Shown here piece by piece: positions 1 through 9,467 of a stretch of DNA of 64,000 nucleotides; position 1 is the first letter of the stretch; every line of letters starts with the position of its first letter. Position numbers and translations under genes: made by a program. The notes below the pieces were generated by a model. The model saw only the letters and a list, made by a program, of their open reading frames with translations, ran no database searches and was not told the origin of the DNA. Source of the DNA: Myxococcota bacterium (GTDB lineage Bacteria; Myxococcota_A; UBA796; SXON01); the NCBI GenBank assembly GCA_040386535.1, contig JAZKFH010000005.1, positions 94,198 through 158,197 on the forward strand, written 5' to 3'.

Positions 1-309
1 GCCGTCGACGTCGAACTTCGCGTCCCCGCGGGTGTTGCCGCCGTTCTTCTGCGCAAGGTCCAGGAATTCCTCACGGTTCGCGTGCAGGATCTTCGCCATG
101 TCCTTGAGGAGCGCGGCGCGATCGGCGAACGAGAGGGCGCGCAGGGCCGGCGCACCGACCTCGCGGGCGTGGGCCAGGGCGGCGCCGAAGTCGGCCCCTT
201 CGGTCGAAGCCTCCGCGAGGACCTCCTCGGTCGAGGGGTCAACCAGCGTGACGAAGCGACCCGAGCCGGCAAACCAGCGGCCAACGAGGTAAGACGTGAG
301 GCGAATCAT
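1..309 (-). CDS. Aldehyde dehydrogenase, BoxD/PaaZ N-terminal type (5' part; runs off the window)
   Basis: Manual translation from ATG at 309 (RBS CAGGAG): MIRLTSYLVGRWFAGSG...VDPSTEEVLAEASTEGADF...GAPALRALSFADRAALLK...NGGNTRGDAKFDVDG, matching the N-terminus of PaaZ/BoxD-type ALDHs. Absent from the ORF track because it has no stop in the window. Confidence 0.85.
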   Translation of the reverse strand, partial: MIRLTSYLVGRWFAGSGRFVTLVDPSTEEVLAEASTEGADFGAALAHAREVGAPALRALSFADRAALLKDMAKILHANREEFLDLAQKNGGNTRGDAKFDVDG

Positions 310-437
310 GGCGGCTCCTGGGGGGCGGGGCGAGGCATCTAACGTGCCCGCTGCCTTCCGGACGCGGAGCACACCGCGCCGATCCACCATCTTCATTCCA
401 TCGAATCGTGCTTATTCCCGGGAAACCGGAGGTCGTC

Positions 438-632
438 GTGGCAAAGTCAGGGACTACATTCGCCAAGCGTCAGAAAGAGATGGCCCAGCAAGAGCGTGCG
501 CGCGACAAGGAAGCGCGCCGCGTCGAGCGGAAGGACACCAAGGAGAAGCGGCCGCTCGGGCCGGATGGGGAAGATCCCGACATCGCCGGAATCATCCCCG
601 GTCCCCAGCCGATCCCGGAAGACGACTTCTAG
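438..632 (+). CDS. Small basic hypothetical protein (64 aa)
   Basis: GTG at 438 after GGAGG; MAKSGTTFAKRQKEMAQQERARDKEARR...EDPDIAGIIPGPQP; codon usage like real genes. Confidence 0.75.
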   Translation: MAKSGTTFAKRQKEMAQQERARDKEARRVERKDTKEKRPLGPDGEDPDIAGIIPGPQPIPEDDF

Positions 633-685
633 AACCGGGGACCCCTCCGGTCAGAATCCGGCGCGGTTCAGAGCTCCGGTGCGGT

Positions 686-1429
686 TCAGACCTTCTCCGG
701 AACCTTCACGCCCGCGCGCTGAGAGTCGGACCGTTGCTGGTCCTGCTCGCCAGCGGCGTTTTGCCCCGCCGCCTGCGTGCCCTGCTGCGCGCCGTAGCCC
801 TGCTGCTGGTATGGCTGGTTCTGCTGGGCCTGCTGCGGCTGGTTCTGCAGGTCTTGCTGCGGCTGCCCCTCCTTGCTCTGGTGGAACGGGCCCTGGGAGT
901 ACTGCCCCTCGATGGCGCGCTGCTGCCCACCCCCGAGCGCGATGCGCCTCGGCTGAGACTGCGCGGCCTTGGGGACGCGAATGGTGAGCACGCCGTTCTC
1001 CAGGTTCGCATCCACCTTGTCGCTCTCGATGCCCTCCGGGAGGATGAACGTCCGGTTGAACGTGCCGTAGGCGCGCTCCGCGGTGTACCAGGTGTCGCCC
1101 CGGTTCTCCTGCTCGAACTCCCGGCGCCCGTTGATGCGCAGCCGGTTCCCGACCACCGTGATGTCGAGGTTGTCCTCCTTCACCCCCGGAAGATCGGCCA
1201 CGAACACCAGCCCGTCCTGGGTCTCGCGCACCTCGAAGTCCGGAACGAACTGGGTCAGGCGCCCGGCTTCGAGGAACCCGATCGGGTCCATCTCGAAGAG
1301 CGGGTCCCGGAACAGGTCCTGCATCCGCCGCATCGACTCCCGCACCATGCCGAAGGGGTCGCCGCCCCCCTGCTGGGTCAACTGGCCACCCCCACCCTGT
1401 TGTCCACGACGAACCGTCAAGTCTGCCAT
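686..1429 (-). CDS. Hsp20/alpha-crystallin small heat-shock protein with Gln-rich tail
   Basis: ADLPGVKEDNLDI...ERAYGTFNRTFILPEGIESDKVDANLENGVLTIRVPK, IXI-like RRIAL; AGGAGG before ATG 1429. Confidence 0.93.
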   Translation of the reverse strand: MADLTVRRGQQGGGGQLTQQGGGDPFGMVRESMRRMQDLFRDPLFEMDPIGFLEAGRLTQFVPDFEVRETQDGLVFVADLPGVKEDNLDITVVGNRLRINGRREFEQENRGDTWYTAERAYGTFNRTFILPEGIESDKVDANLENGVLTIRVPKAAQSQPRRIALGGGQQRAIEGQYSQGPFHQSKEGQPQQDLQNQPQQAQQNQPYQQQGYGAQQGTQAAGQNAAGEQDQQRSDSQRAGVKVPEKV

Positions 1430-1560
1430 TGGGTCCTCCTGCGTCCCCACGAAGGTAGGCAGCGCTCCACCCCGATCAACCGCGGCCTGGGCCACCCGCC
1501 GGTAAGGCCGGAGAAAGCCCGCTCCCGACGCATCTCGCTATAGACATCACGGAGGTTTCC

Positions 1561-2160
1561 ATGTCCCGACGCTTCGTGCTCCTCACCCCCCTTGTTTTCG
1601 CCCCCCTGCTCCTAGCCACCGGCTGCGGCCACCACGGCGTGAACAGCCCCGCCGAGGCCGAGCTCGCCTACATGGGCCTCGACGGCGCGGTCCAGCGCGG
1701 CCTCGCCTTGGGGCTCCAGGGCTTCGCGCTGGCGTCGAGCGCCAACATCGACCCGCAGTCCCAGGACGGCGACACGAACGGCGGGATGATCATCTCCGGC
1801 CAGGTCGATCAGGGCTCGTCCGACAACAAGGGGCTGCGCCTCTTCATGGAGCTCGACGAGTACTCCGATACGCTCGGCAGCAACGACGAGCCCGATCTCT
1901 TCTACCAGACCGACGGATCGGACCTCCCCGCGCTGAACATCACGCTCAAGGACATGCCGGCGGGCACGCTCGACGGCACGCTGGCCGGGGACTTCGAGAT
2001 GGCGGGCACGCTCGGCGGGTACGTCGAGCTCGACGTGGTGTTCGCGGGCGAGACCGAGGACGACGGCAGCGGCATCGCCGTGCGCAAGGCCGGCACCACG
2101 CGCATCACCGGCTCGGCCTCGTCCGACTACGGCGTCTTCGAGATCGACCTGGTGCGCTGA
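1561..2160 (+). CDS. Hypothetical lipoprotein
   Basis: GGAGG RBS; signal peptide with lipobox LATGC; beta-rich mature region. Confidence 0.75.
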   Translation: MSRRFVLLTPLVFAPLLLATGCGHHGVNSPAEAELAYMGLDGAVQRGLALGLQGFALASSANIDPQSQDGDTNGGMIISGQVDQGSSDNKGLRLFMELDEYSDTLGSNDEPDLFYQTDGSDLPALNITLKDMPAGTLDGTLAGDFEMAGTLGGYVELDVVFAGETEDDGSGIAVRKAGTTRITGSASSDYGVFEIDLVR

Positions 2161-2214
2161 GAGGTAGAACGGCGCCGGCTCGGGCTGGCGTCGCGCGCGG
2201 ATATACTCCGCGCC

Positions 2215-3879
2215 GTGTGGGCGTTCGACCTCGGCACCACGAACACGGGGGTGGCCCGATGGGACGCCGAGGCCCGACGTCCGTCACTCCTGACGCTCCC
2301 GGGCATCTGCCGCACCCCAGGGGGCGCGCTCGAGGCGCCACCGGTCGTGCCCTCGGCGACCCACGTGCTCGAAGCGGACCTCGCCGCGCGCGTGGGCGCG
2401 TGGCCCTGGGTGCGCCACCACACGTTTCTCGGGACCCAGGCCCTCATCGGGCGGCCCGCGCTCGAACGGAACGCCGCGTGGCCCGGCCCCGCGTTCGCCG
2501 TCGGCTGGAAGACCGCGTTGGCGCGGGAGCCGACCCGCCCGCTGGTGCGCGTGGGCGACCGCTCGTTCACCGCGCGCGACGTGGCCCGACGCTTCGTGCG
2601 CGAGCTGCTCGTGGCGGTGAAGGCCGAGAGCGGCGAGCGGGTGCGCGACCTGGTGCTCACCGTGCCCGTCGGGAGCTGGGAGGCCTACCGCGCCGAGCTC
2701 GGCTCGCTCGCGACGGACCTCGGCGTGACCCGCCTGCGCTTCCTCGACGAGCCGGTGGCCGCCGCGATCGGGTACGGCCTCGGCATCGACCGCGAGCGCC
2801 GCGTGCTGGTGTTCGACATGGGCGGCGGCACGCTGCACGTGGCGCTGGTGCGGCTCTCCGCGCGCGGCACGGACCGCGGGATGTGTGAGGTGCTCGCCAA
2901 ACACGGCCGCGCGGTCGGCGGCGACCTGGTGGATCGGTGGCTCCTCGAAGACGTATGCGCCGCCCTCGGCATCCCGCTGGCGCCCGAGCGCGCCACGGAG
3001 ACGGCCGACGAGACCGAGGGGCTCTGGTGGCGGTTGATGCTCGCCGAGGCGCGCCGCGTGAAGGAGGCGGTGCACATCGCCGAGCAGGCCACCTTCACGG
3101 TGATCGTGCCCGACGAGCTCCGCGGCCTGCGCGCGCGCCTGCGCGACTGCCCGACCAGCCTCGTCGTGACGCGCACCCGCGTCGAGGAGGTGCTCCGCAC
3201 CCGCGGGCTCTACACGCTCGTGGACGAGGCGGTGGACGCCACCCTCGCCGAGGCCGGCGTGGCCCCCGACGAGGTGCTCCTCGTGGGCGGCTCCTCGCTC
3301 CTGCCCGGCATCTACCCGCGGCTGGAGCAGCGCTTCGGGCGCGACCGGGTGCGTGCGTGGCTGCCTTTCGAGGCCGTCGTGCTCGGCGGGGCGGTGTACG
3401 CGGGCGAGGCCTGGGCCCAGTCCGACTTCATCGTGCACGACTACGCGCTGGTGACCCACGACCGCGACACGCAGGCGCCCGCCTACACGATCGTGGTGCC
3501 CCGCGGCACGCGCTTCCCGACGGCGCCCGACCTGTGGAAGCGGCAGCTCGTGCCGACCTGCGCGCTCGGCGAGCCCGAGTCCCTGTTCAAGCTCGTGGTC
3601 TACGAGATCGGCGGCCACGGCGGGGACGCGCGCCGCTTCGGCTGGGACGCCGCCGGCGCGCTGCACGTGCTCCACGACGGCGATCGTGTCGTGGTGCCGC
3701 TCAACGAGGCGAATCCCACCCTCGGCACGCTCGACCCGCCCCACGCGCCCAGCGACAAGCGCCCGCGCCTCGAGCTCGCCTTCGGCGTGAACGCGAACCG
3801 CTGGTTGTGCGCGACGGTGACGGACTTGCAGTCGAAGAAGAAGCTGTTGAAGGACGAGCCGGTGGTGAGGTTGTTGTGA
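2215..3879 (+). CDS. Hsp70-family (atypical DnaK-like) protein
   Basis: FDLGTTNT, LTVP, DEPVAAA, VFDMGGGT, AEARRVKE, LVGGSSLLP actin-fold ATPase motifs; shortened C-terminal domain. Confidence 0.9.
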   Translation: MWAFDLGTTNTGVARWDAEARRPSLLTLPGICRTPGGALEAPPVVPSATHVLEADLAARVGAWPWVRHHTFLGTQALIGRPALERNAAWPGPAFAVGWKTALAREPTRPLVRVGDRSFTARDVARRFVRELLVAVKAESGERVRDLVLTVPVGSWEAYRAELGSLATDLGVTRLRFLDEPVAAAIGYGLGIDRERRVLVFDMGGGTLHVALVRLSARGTDRGMCEVLAKHGRAVGGDLVDRWLLEDVCAALGIPLAPERATETADETEGLWWRLMLAEARRVKEAVHIAEQATFTVIVPDELRGLRARLRDCPTSLVVTRTRVEEVLRTRGLYTLVDEAVDATLAEAGVAPDEVLLVGGSSLLPGIYPRLEQRFGRDRVRAWLPFEAVVLGGAVYAGEAWAQSDFIVHDYALVTHDRDTQAPAYTIVVPRGTRFPTAPDLWKRQLVPTCALGEPESLFKLVVYEIGGHGGDARRFGWDAAGALHVLHDGDRVVVPLNEANPTLGTLDPPHAPSDKRPRLELAFGVNANRWLCATVTDLQSKKKLLKDEPVVRLL

Positions 3880-4934
3880 GCGGGCTCGCCGACGGCCTGG
3901 CGTGCATGGGGTCGGCCTTCGCCGCCGTCACGCTGCTATTCACGGCGTGGATGCGCCCGCGCATCCGCCCGAGCCCCCGGCTCGCGGACGCGCTCGGCCT
4001 CACGTGGACCAACCCCACCCGGATGCGGGGCGAGTGGAACGGGGTCCCGGTGGACATCCTGTTCGACGCGACCACGGGCCTGGTTCGGGCGCCGGCCCCC
4101 GCGGGGATGCGCATCGTGTCCGTCTCGCAGGCACGCGCCCTCCTGACCGCGGACCGGGTCCACACGGGGGACCTCTCGCTCGACAACGCGACCCTCGTGA
4201 ACGGACCGCGGGATCACCTCGTCGCCGCGCTCGACGGGGCCGCCCGGGTGCACGTTCGGGAGCTGGTCGTGGACATGAGCTTCCGCGGGCAGGTCGACGG
4301 CGGCTGGGTGACGCGGCGCCTCTCCCCCCGCGATCTCGACGTCGGCTCGCTCTCCATCATCCTGAACACGGTCACCGAGGTGTCGCGCGCCCTGCACACC
4401 GAGCCCACGGCCGAGCGCCTCGCCGCCATCGCGCGCGCCGACGTCTGGGCGGGTGTGCGTCGCAACGCCCTGGAGGTCCTCGAGCGCCTCCATCCCGGCG
4501 TCGTCGTGCCCGTCGCGCGCGACCTGCTCCGGGACGCCGATCTGGACGTGCGCCTCGACGCCGCGCGGCTCGCCGGCGCCGACGGGACCGCGCACCTGCT
4601 CGTCCACCTCGACGACCTGGAGTCCGCGGTCGCCCTCGACCCGGGGGGCGTGTCCCGGCGGCTCCAGTCCCTTCCGGAGGACACCCTGCTCGGGCTGCTC
4701 GCGCGCGCGGACCGCCTCGGACGCCGCGCCGCGGCCCGCGCGCTCGGCCAGGTCGGGACCGTCCACGCCGTCGAGGCCATGCTCGAAGCCGGGTTCGTGG
4801 ACGAGGCCCGCGCGATCCAGGCCCGCCTCGGGGACGTCGAAGCGGGCCGCCTCTCGCTCGCCGCGGGCGAGGCGGGGCAGGTGGCGCTCGCCACGGACGT
4901 GGGCGCGGTCACCGTGGTCGAGCCGAGCGGCTGA
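3876..4934 (+). CDS. Membrane-anchored HEAT-repeat-like protein
   Basis: GTG overlapping the Hsp70 stop (GTGA); N-terminal TM segment; repeats VRRNALEVL, VRLDAARLA, RRAAARALGQVG. Confidence 0.65.
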   Translation: MSGLADGLACMGSAFAAVTLLFTAWMRPRIRPSPRLADALGLTWTNPTRMRGEWNGVPVDILFDATTGLVRAPAPAGMRIVSVSQARALLTADRVHTGDLSLDNATLVNGPRDHLVAALDGAARVHVRELVVDMSFRGQVDGGWVTRRLSPRDLDVGSLSIILNTVTEVSRALHTEPTAERLAAIARADVWAGVRRNALEVLERLHPGVVVPVARDLLRDADLDVRLDAARLAGADGTAHLLVHLDDLESAVALDPGGVSRRLQSLPEDTLLGLLARADRLGRRAAARALGQVGTVHAVEAMLEAGFVDEARAIQARLGDVEAGRLSLAAGEAGQVALATDVGAVTVVEPSG

Positions 4935-5609
4935 TCAGACCACGATCCGCCACGTCGCGACCATGAAGTGCTCCAAATCCCACCCGCGGGGGCGCACCTC
5001 CTCGATGGCGTCGTGCTCCGCGAGGCGCTCGACCGTGGGGCCGGCGGCGCCGGGCGGCCCCCAGAGCGCGCGCACCTCCGCTTCGGGCACCGCGTGCGGC
5101 GGGCCGGGCTTGCGGGCCTGCTCGTAGTCGAACGTCTCGAGCAGCACGACCGCGCCGGGGGCGAGCAGCGTGCGCAGCATCGTGACGTACCGGGCGCGCC
5201 GCTCGGGATCGAGCGCCACCAGCGCGGCGCGGTCCCACACGCGGTCGACCGGGCCGCCGATCGTGTCGAGGACCGCGGGCGTGAGCGCGAACACATCGCC
5301 CTGGAGCACGGTGAGCCCTTGGCTGCGCCACGCGCGGAACGGCCCCACGTCGGTGACCGTCGGCTCCCGCCCCTCGCGTTCGTGCAACGCGACGATCGCC
5401 TTCTCGGAGAGCTCGATGCCCACGACCTCGTGGCCGCGCGAGATCATCCACGCGAGGTCGACCGTCTTGCCGCACAGCGGCACGAGCACGCGATGCGCGC
5501 CGCCTCCCAGGAACGATCCCTGGTACGTCGTGAGAGACGGGTGTACGGACTCGCTGTGGAACGCCGTCCGGCCTTCTTCCCACGCGGTCAACCAGTACTT
5601 CGGATCCAT
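4935..5609 (-). CDS. tpm: Thiopurine S-methyltransferase
   Basis: MDPKYWLTAWEEGRTAFH...RVLVPLCGKTVDL...GIELSEKA...GDVF...WDRAALVAL...GPPHAV. Confidence 0.92.
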   Translation of the reverse strand: MDPKYWLTAWEEGRTAFHSESVHPSLTTYQGSFLGGGAHRVLVPLCGKTVDLAWMISRGHEVVGIELSEKAIVALHEREGREPTVTDVGPFRAWRSQGLTVLQGDVFALTPAVLDTIGGPVDRVWDRAALVALDPERRARYVTMLRTLLAPGAVVLLETFDYEQARKPGPPHAVPEAEVRALWGPPGAAGPTVERLAEHDAIEEVRPRGWDLEHFMVATWRIVV

Positions 5610-6313
5610 CAGCTCTCCTCCCCGAGTTGCGTCACCCACGACATCCCGAACCGCTTCGCCACCCACGCCTCCCAACCATCCGGGAGCGGCGTGTCGCCGC
5701 GTACCATCAGATCGAGATGCGCCGCGTTCACGGACTCGCCGGGGCCGATCTGGAGCCGCACGAGCGCATCGGCGAGCCCCGGGAGCACCAGCGCCACCGC
5801 CCGCGGCGCGCGCAGGAGCACCACGCGCGCCTCGTAGAGCGTGCCCGCGATGCGGACGCGGGTGGAGGCGCCCTCGGTCGCACCCGCGAGCCCGTCCGGC
5901 ACCGCGATGCGGCTCCAGGCGTCCGTGTAGGCGAGCGCCACCGGCACGTCGATCCGCAGCCAGCGCACGTCGGCGGTATGACCGAGCGACCACGCGAGCC
6001 CGGCGAGCGCAAGCTCCCAGCCGGCCGCGAGGTCCGCGAGGGTGTCGGGGTCGAGGCCCTCGGCGTCGGGGCCCTCGGCGTCGACCGTGACCGCGCGCGC
6101 GGCGAGGTCGAACCGCGCGCGGAGCGTGTCACCCTCCCACACGACCGCCGCCCCCGCGTCGCCACGCAGGGCCATCGTGGGGCCATCGAGCCCCGGGGCG
6201 AGCCGCGCGCCGACGAACCCCGCGTCGGGGTCCCACCAGCGGCGCAGGCCCGCCGGAGACGTGAGCGCGGGGAGGAGGCGGACGGCAGAGGCGTCGGGGA
6301 GGGGGAAACGCAT
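5609..6313 (-). CDS. SRPBCC/AHSA1-like domain protein
   Basis: ALTSPAGLRRWW...AGWELALAGL helix pattern; stop overlaps the tpm start. Confidence 0.55.
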   Translation of the reverse strand: MRFPLPDASAVRLLPALTSPAGLRRWWDPDAGFVGARLAPGLDGPTMALRGDAGAAVVWEGDTLRARFDLAARAVTVDAEGPDAEGLDPDTLADLAAGWELALAGLAWSLGHTADVRWLRIDVPVALAYTDAWSRIAVPDGLAGATEGASTRVRIAGTLYEARVVLLRAPRAVALVLPGLADALVRLQIGPGESVNAAHLDLMVRGDTPLPDGWEAWVAKRFGMSWVTQLGEES

Positions 6314-6441
6314 GGGGGGAGAGCTTATCGCCCCTCCCCCCCAAAACAGCGACGGGGCCCGCCGTTTCCGACGAGCCCCGTGCCTTCGGGGGCGTTGCGG
6401 GGGGCGGAGCCCCCTGCCCCAAAAAACCGCGCCGCGAACCG

Positions 6442-8388
6442 CTACAACGTGTGGAGGTACGCCTCCAGGTCCGCCATCTCGTCGTCCGAGAGCATCGAGG
6501 TGTCGCCCATCTCGCCGGAGCGCGACATCTGGAGCACGGCTTCGAGCGAGGAGGCCGAGCCGTCGTGCAGGTAGGGCGCGGTGGCCGCGATCCCGACGAG
6601 CGTGGGCGTGTTCACCGCTTCGAGGCCGAACATCGTGTAGTGCTCGTTGTCGGTGAGGCGATCGCCGCTGTGGCACGTGGCGCAGGCCACGTCCGCGCGC
6701 TCGAACAGCGCCTTGCCGCGGAGCGCGGCCTCGCTGGTGGCGCCCTTCTCGGGCAGGTCGACCGCGCGGTTTGACTCGATGTACGCCGAGATCTGTCCCG
6801 CCTCCGCGTAGGACAGGCCGTTGCCGCCCATGCGGCCCGAGCTGGTGACGAAGGCCTCTTCCGACACGGTGAGGACCTGGTCGGTCCAGGTGAAGGGCGC
6901 CGTGACGCTCACCGCGCCGCGGAGCGACGGGGTCTGGCGGACACCCTCGCCCAGGGCCCAGGTGAGCCCGTCGTTGCTGCCCTGGAGGTGGCAGGTGGAG
7001 CAGGAGATGCCCGCGCCGTCGGCCGCCATCTGCGAGCTGGTGGCCGAGAAGAACAGGCGGCGACCGGCCTCGATGTCGGCGGAGAGCACGCGATCGGCGA
7101 CCTCGGTGGAGTCGGCGCCGCGGAAGGTCTGCGCGCTGACGAACCCGATGGAGAGCTGGTCCGCGACGAACGCGCGCGCCTTCATGCCCTTGAGGCTGCC
7201 GATGGAGTGATCGAGGAACGAGTCGACATACACCTCGTCATCCCCGAGGAACGCCACGCCGCGCGGCCCGGCGTCGGTGCCGACGAGCACCATCGGGCTC
7301 GAGGCGAACCCCGCGGCGTCGGCGGAGATGCTGATGCCGCCGCCGGTGTCCATCCGGTCGAAGCCGGAGTCGGCGCCGATCTCCGGGTAGATCGGGGTGG
7401 CCGAGAGGACCACCACGGCCTGCGAGGCCTCCATCGTGGCGTAGATCAAGGCGCCGTCGGGCGAGTAGGCCACGCTCGAGAGGTAGCTGCGCACGGCGGT
7501 CGTGCCCTCGTCGTCATCCCCCAGCTGGGCGAAGCCGGCCACGAGCACCGTGGCGGTGTCCTCCGGGGCGGGGTTGCCGTTCTCCCCGGTGGGGATGATG
7601 ACGACCGCCGGGTTGAAGCGGCTGACGCCGAGCCCGGAGGAGCCGTAGCCCTCGGACACGGTCTCGACCTCGCCCGGCTCGCTGACCGGGTTGGTGTTGT
7701 CGATGTACATGGCCGGCGCGGCCACGGACCGCCCGTCGGGGGAGACGTAGAGGTCACCCGTGATGCGGCGGGTGAAGCGGAGCGTGCCGTCCTCCCCCGC
7801 GCCGTAGATGGAGGGCAGATCGAGCTCGGTGACCTGGCCGCCCTCGGCGAGGCTCACGGAGTGCAGGCCGCCGCCCATCGAGGAGCCGACGTACAACGTC
7901 GATCCGCTCGGATGCAGCGCGAGCCACGCGGGCGAGCCCGACACCGACCACGTGCGGGCGACGGTGAGGGTCTCCGCGTCGATCTCGACGACGGCGTTCT
8001 GCGCGGACAGCGCCACGTAGAGCTTCTTGCCGTCCTCTCGCGCCACGATGCCGACGGGCTCGGCCCCGACCTCGAAGGTGGAGACGAGAGAAAGCTTGCC
8101 GTCGACATCCTCGAGCACCGCCACGGAGCGGCTGCCGCGGAGCGTGGTGAACACACGGTCGCCGATGCGGGCGAGGCGCACGGGCTCGAGGCCCACGTCG
8201 ACCGACGCGAGCGCGCCGGTGGCGGGCTCGAAGCGCACGACCTTCCCACCGTCGGTGTCGACCGAGTAGAGCGCGTCGTGGTCGGCGTTCGAGACGAGCG
8301 ACTGGCTCCCCGTGGGGAAGGTCCCGTCGTGAAGCGACGCCGTACACGCGCACAGAATTGTTGGGAGGAGAAGGGAGAGCCGGTTCAT
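6442..8388 (-). CDS. Lipoprotein with YVTN-type beta-propeller and di-heme cytochrome c (CcP/MauG-like) domain
   Basis: Lipobox LCAC; propeller repeats (VGLEP, VGAEPVGI, GPRGVAF); CSTCH and CATCH; TPSLRG, TPTLVGIAATAPYLHDGS. Confidence 0.85.
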   Translation of the reverse strand: MNRLSLLLPTILCACTASLHDGTFPTGSQSLVSNADHDALYSVDTDGGKVVRFEPATGALASVDVGLEPVRLARIGDRVFTTLRGSRSVAVLEDVDGKLSLVSTFEVGAEPVGIVAREDGKKLYVALSAQNAVVEIDAETLTVARTWSVSGSPAWLALHPSGSTLYVGSSMGGGLHSVSLAEGGQVTELDLPSIYGAGEDGTLRFTRRITGDLYVSPDGRSVAAPAMYIDNTNPVSEPGEVETVSEGYGSSGLGVSRFNPAVVIIPTGENGNPAPEDTATVLVAGFAQLGDDDEGTTAVRSYLSSVAYSPDGALIYATMEASQAVVVLSATPIYPEIGADSGFDRMDTGGGISISADAAGFASSPMVLVGTDAGPRGVAFLGDDEVYVDSFLDHSIGSLKGMKARAFVADQLSIGFVSAQTFRGADSTEVADRVLSADIEAGRRLFFSATSSQMAADGAGISCSTCHLQGSNDGLTWALGEGVRQTPSLRGAVSVTAPFTWTDQVLTVSEEAFVTSSGRMGGNGLSYAEAGQISAYIESNRAVDLPEKGATSEAALRGKALFERADVACATCHSGDRLTDNEHYTMFGLEAVNTPTLVGIAATAPYLHDGSASSLEAVLQMSRSGEMGDTSMLSDDEMADLEAYLHTL

Positions 8389-8451
8389 GTCCTACCTCGT
8401 GGCACCATTCTGCCATGCAAGGAATGGTCCCGCTCCGGATAATGTACACGG

Positions 8452-9393
8452 ATGCGCTACTTCCTCCTGGCTTCCGCCCTCGCGGACGACCCCTCGGATC
8501 CCGGGCACGACATCCCGATCACGTCCCCGTCCGCGTCCGAGGCGCCTGCGCCCGCCGTTCCGGGGGATCCGGACCTGACTGCGAAATGGGCGGCCGAATT
8601 CGACGCGCCGCACGAGACCGTCGAGCTCACCGACGAGGAGCAGCGCGAAGAGGCCGCCACCCTCTACGTCAAGGGCCTCGACGCGTGGAAATCGGGCAAA
8701 CACAGCCGGGCGTGGCGGCTCGCCACCGAGGCGCTGATCCTCGACCCCGCGCTGACCCCCGCGCGCCTCCTCGCCGGCTATGCGCTCCTGCGGTTGCGCC
8801 AGCCCGACGAGGGCGTGACCACGCTCGACGGCCTCGCGCTCGAGCCCGACACCTCTCCCCTCCCCGCGAGCACGCGGCGGTCGGTGCACCGGGTCCTGCG
8901 CCGCCACGAGTCGCCCTATCGGCGCGATCAATGGTGGGTCGCGGTGGGGAACGTCACCCACCTCGAGCGGCTCGGGGACGACGTGGTGCCGCTCAACGGC
9001 TGGGTCTTCACGGGGCAGGCGCCGCTGTTCAGCCAGCTCGCGCTGCGCGTGGACGCCGGTGCCCCGTGGGCCGCCACCGGGGCGCTCGACATCCGCGGGC
9101 CCCGCTTCGACGTGCTCGCGGTGGTCGAGAAGCGCATCGACAAGGGCCTCTGGCACGTGGATCTGGGCGCCGGCCCCGCCTTCTGGATCGCCGAGGGGCG
9201 CTACTGGCTGGACGGGTGGGAGCCCTACTTCGGCGTGCGCGCCGCGCTCGGCGTGGACGTGCGGCTCGGCGCCACGGTCGGCCTGCGCTACGAGATGGGC
9301 GCGAGCGCCTTCCCCACGGCCGAGGTCGATCTGCCCTTCTACGCGTCGCCGCTCGATCTGCGGCTGTCGTTGCAGACGTGGTTCGGGAAGTAG
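8452..9393 (+). CDS. Secreted protein with TPR-like helices and probable C-terminal beta-barrel
   Basis: Signal peptide; EALILDPALTPARLLAG TPR-like segment; alternating aromatic beta-strands at the C-terminus. Confidence 0.6.
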   Translation: MRYFLLASALADDPSDPGHDIPITSPSASEAPAPAVPGDPDLTAKWAAEFDAPHETVELTDEEQREEAATLYVKGLDAWKSGKHSRAWRLATEALILDPALTPARLLAGYALLRLRQPDEGVTTLDGLALEPDTSPLPASTRRSVHRVLRRHESPYRRDQWWVAVGNVTHLERLGDDVVPLNGWVFTGQAPLFSQLALRVDAGAPWAATGALDIRGPRFDVLAVVEKRIDKGLWHVDLGAGPAFWIAEGRYWLDGWEPYFGVRAALGVDVRLGATVGLRYEMGASAFPTAEVDLPFYASPLDLRLSLQTWFGK

Positions 9394-9467
9394 CGGGCCA
9401 GACACGCGGCGGAGACAACGCCGCGCTCCCGTTTGCCGGCGGGCCCCCCCCACGGCACATTGCCGCC

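Noticed and set aside
6385..6425. GGGGCGGAGCCCC REP-like hairpin
   Set aside because: One clear copy plus a partial at ~34446; too short to support at this GC content, and it may simply be a terminator
8400..8415. Sigma-54 promoter
   Set aside because: GG-to-GC spacing is 9 nt on both strands, not 10
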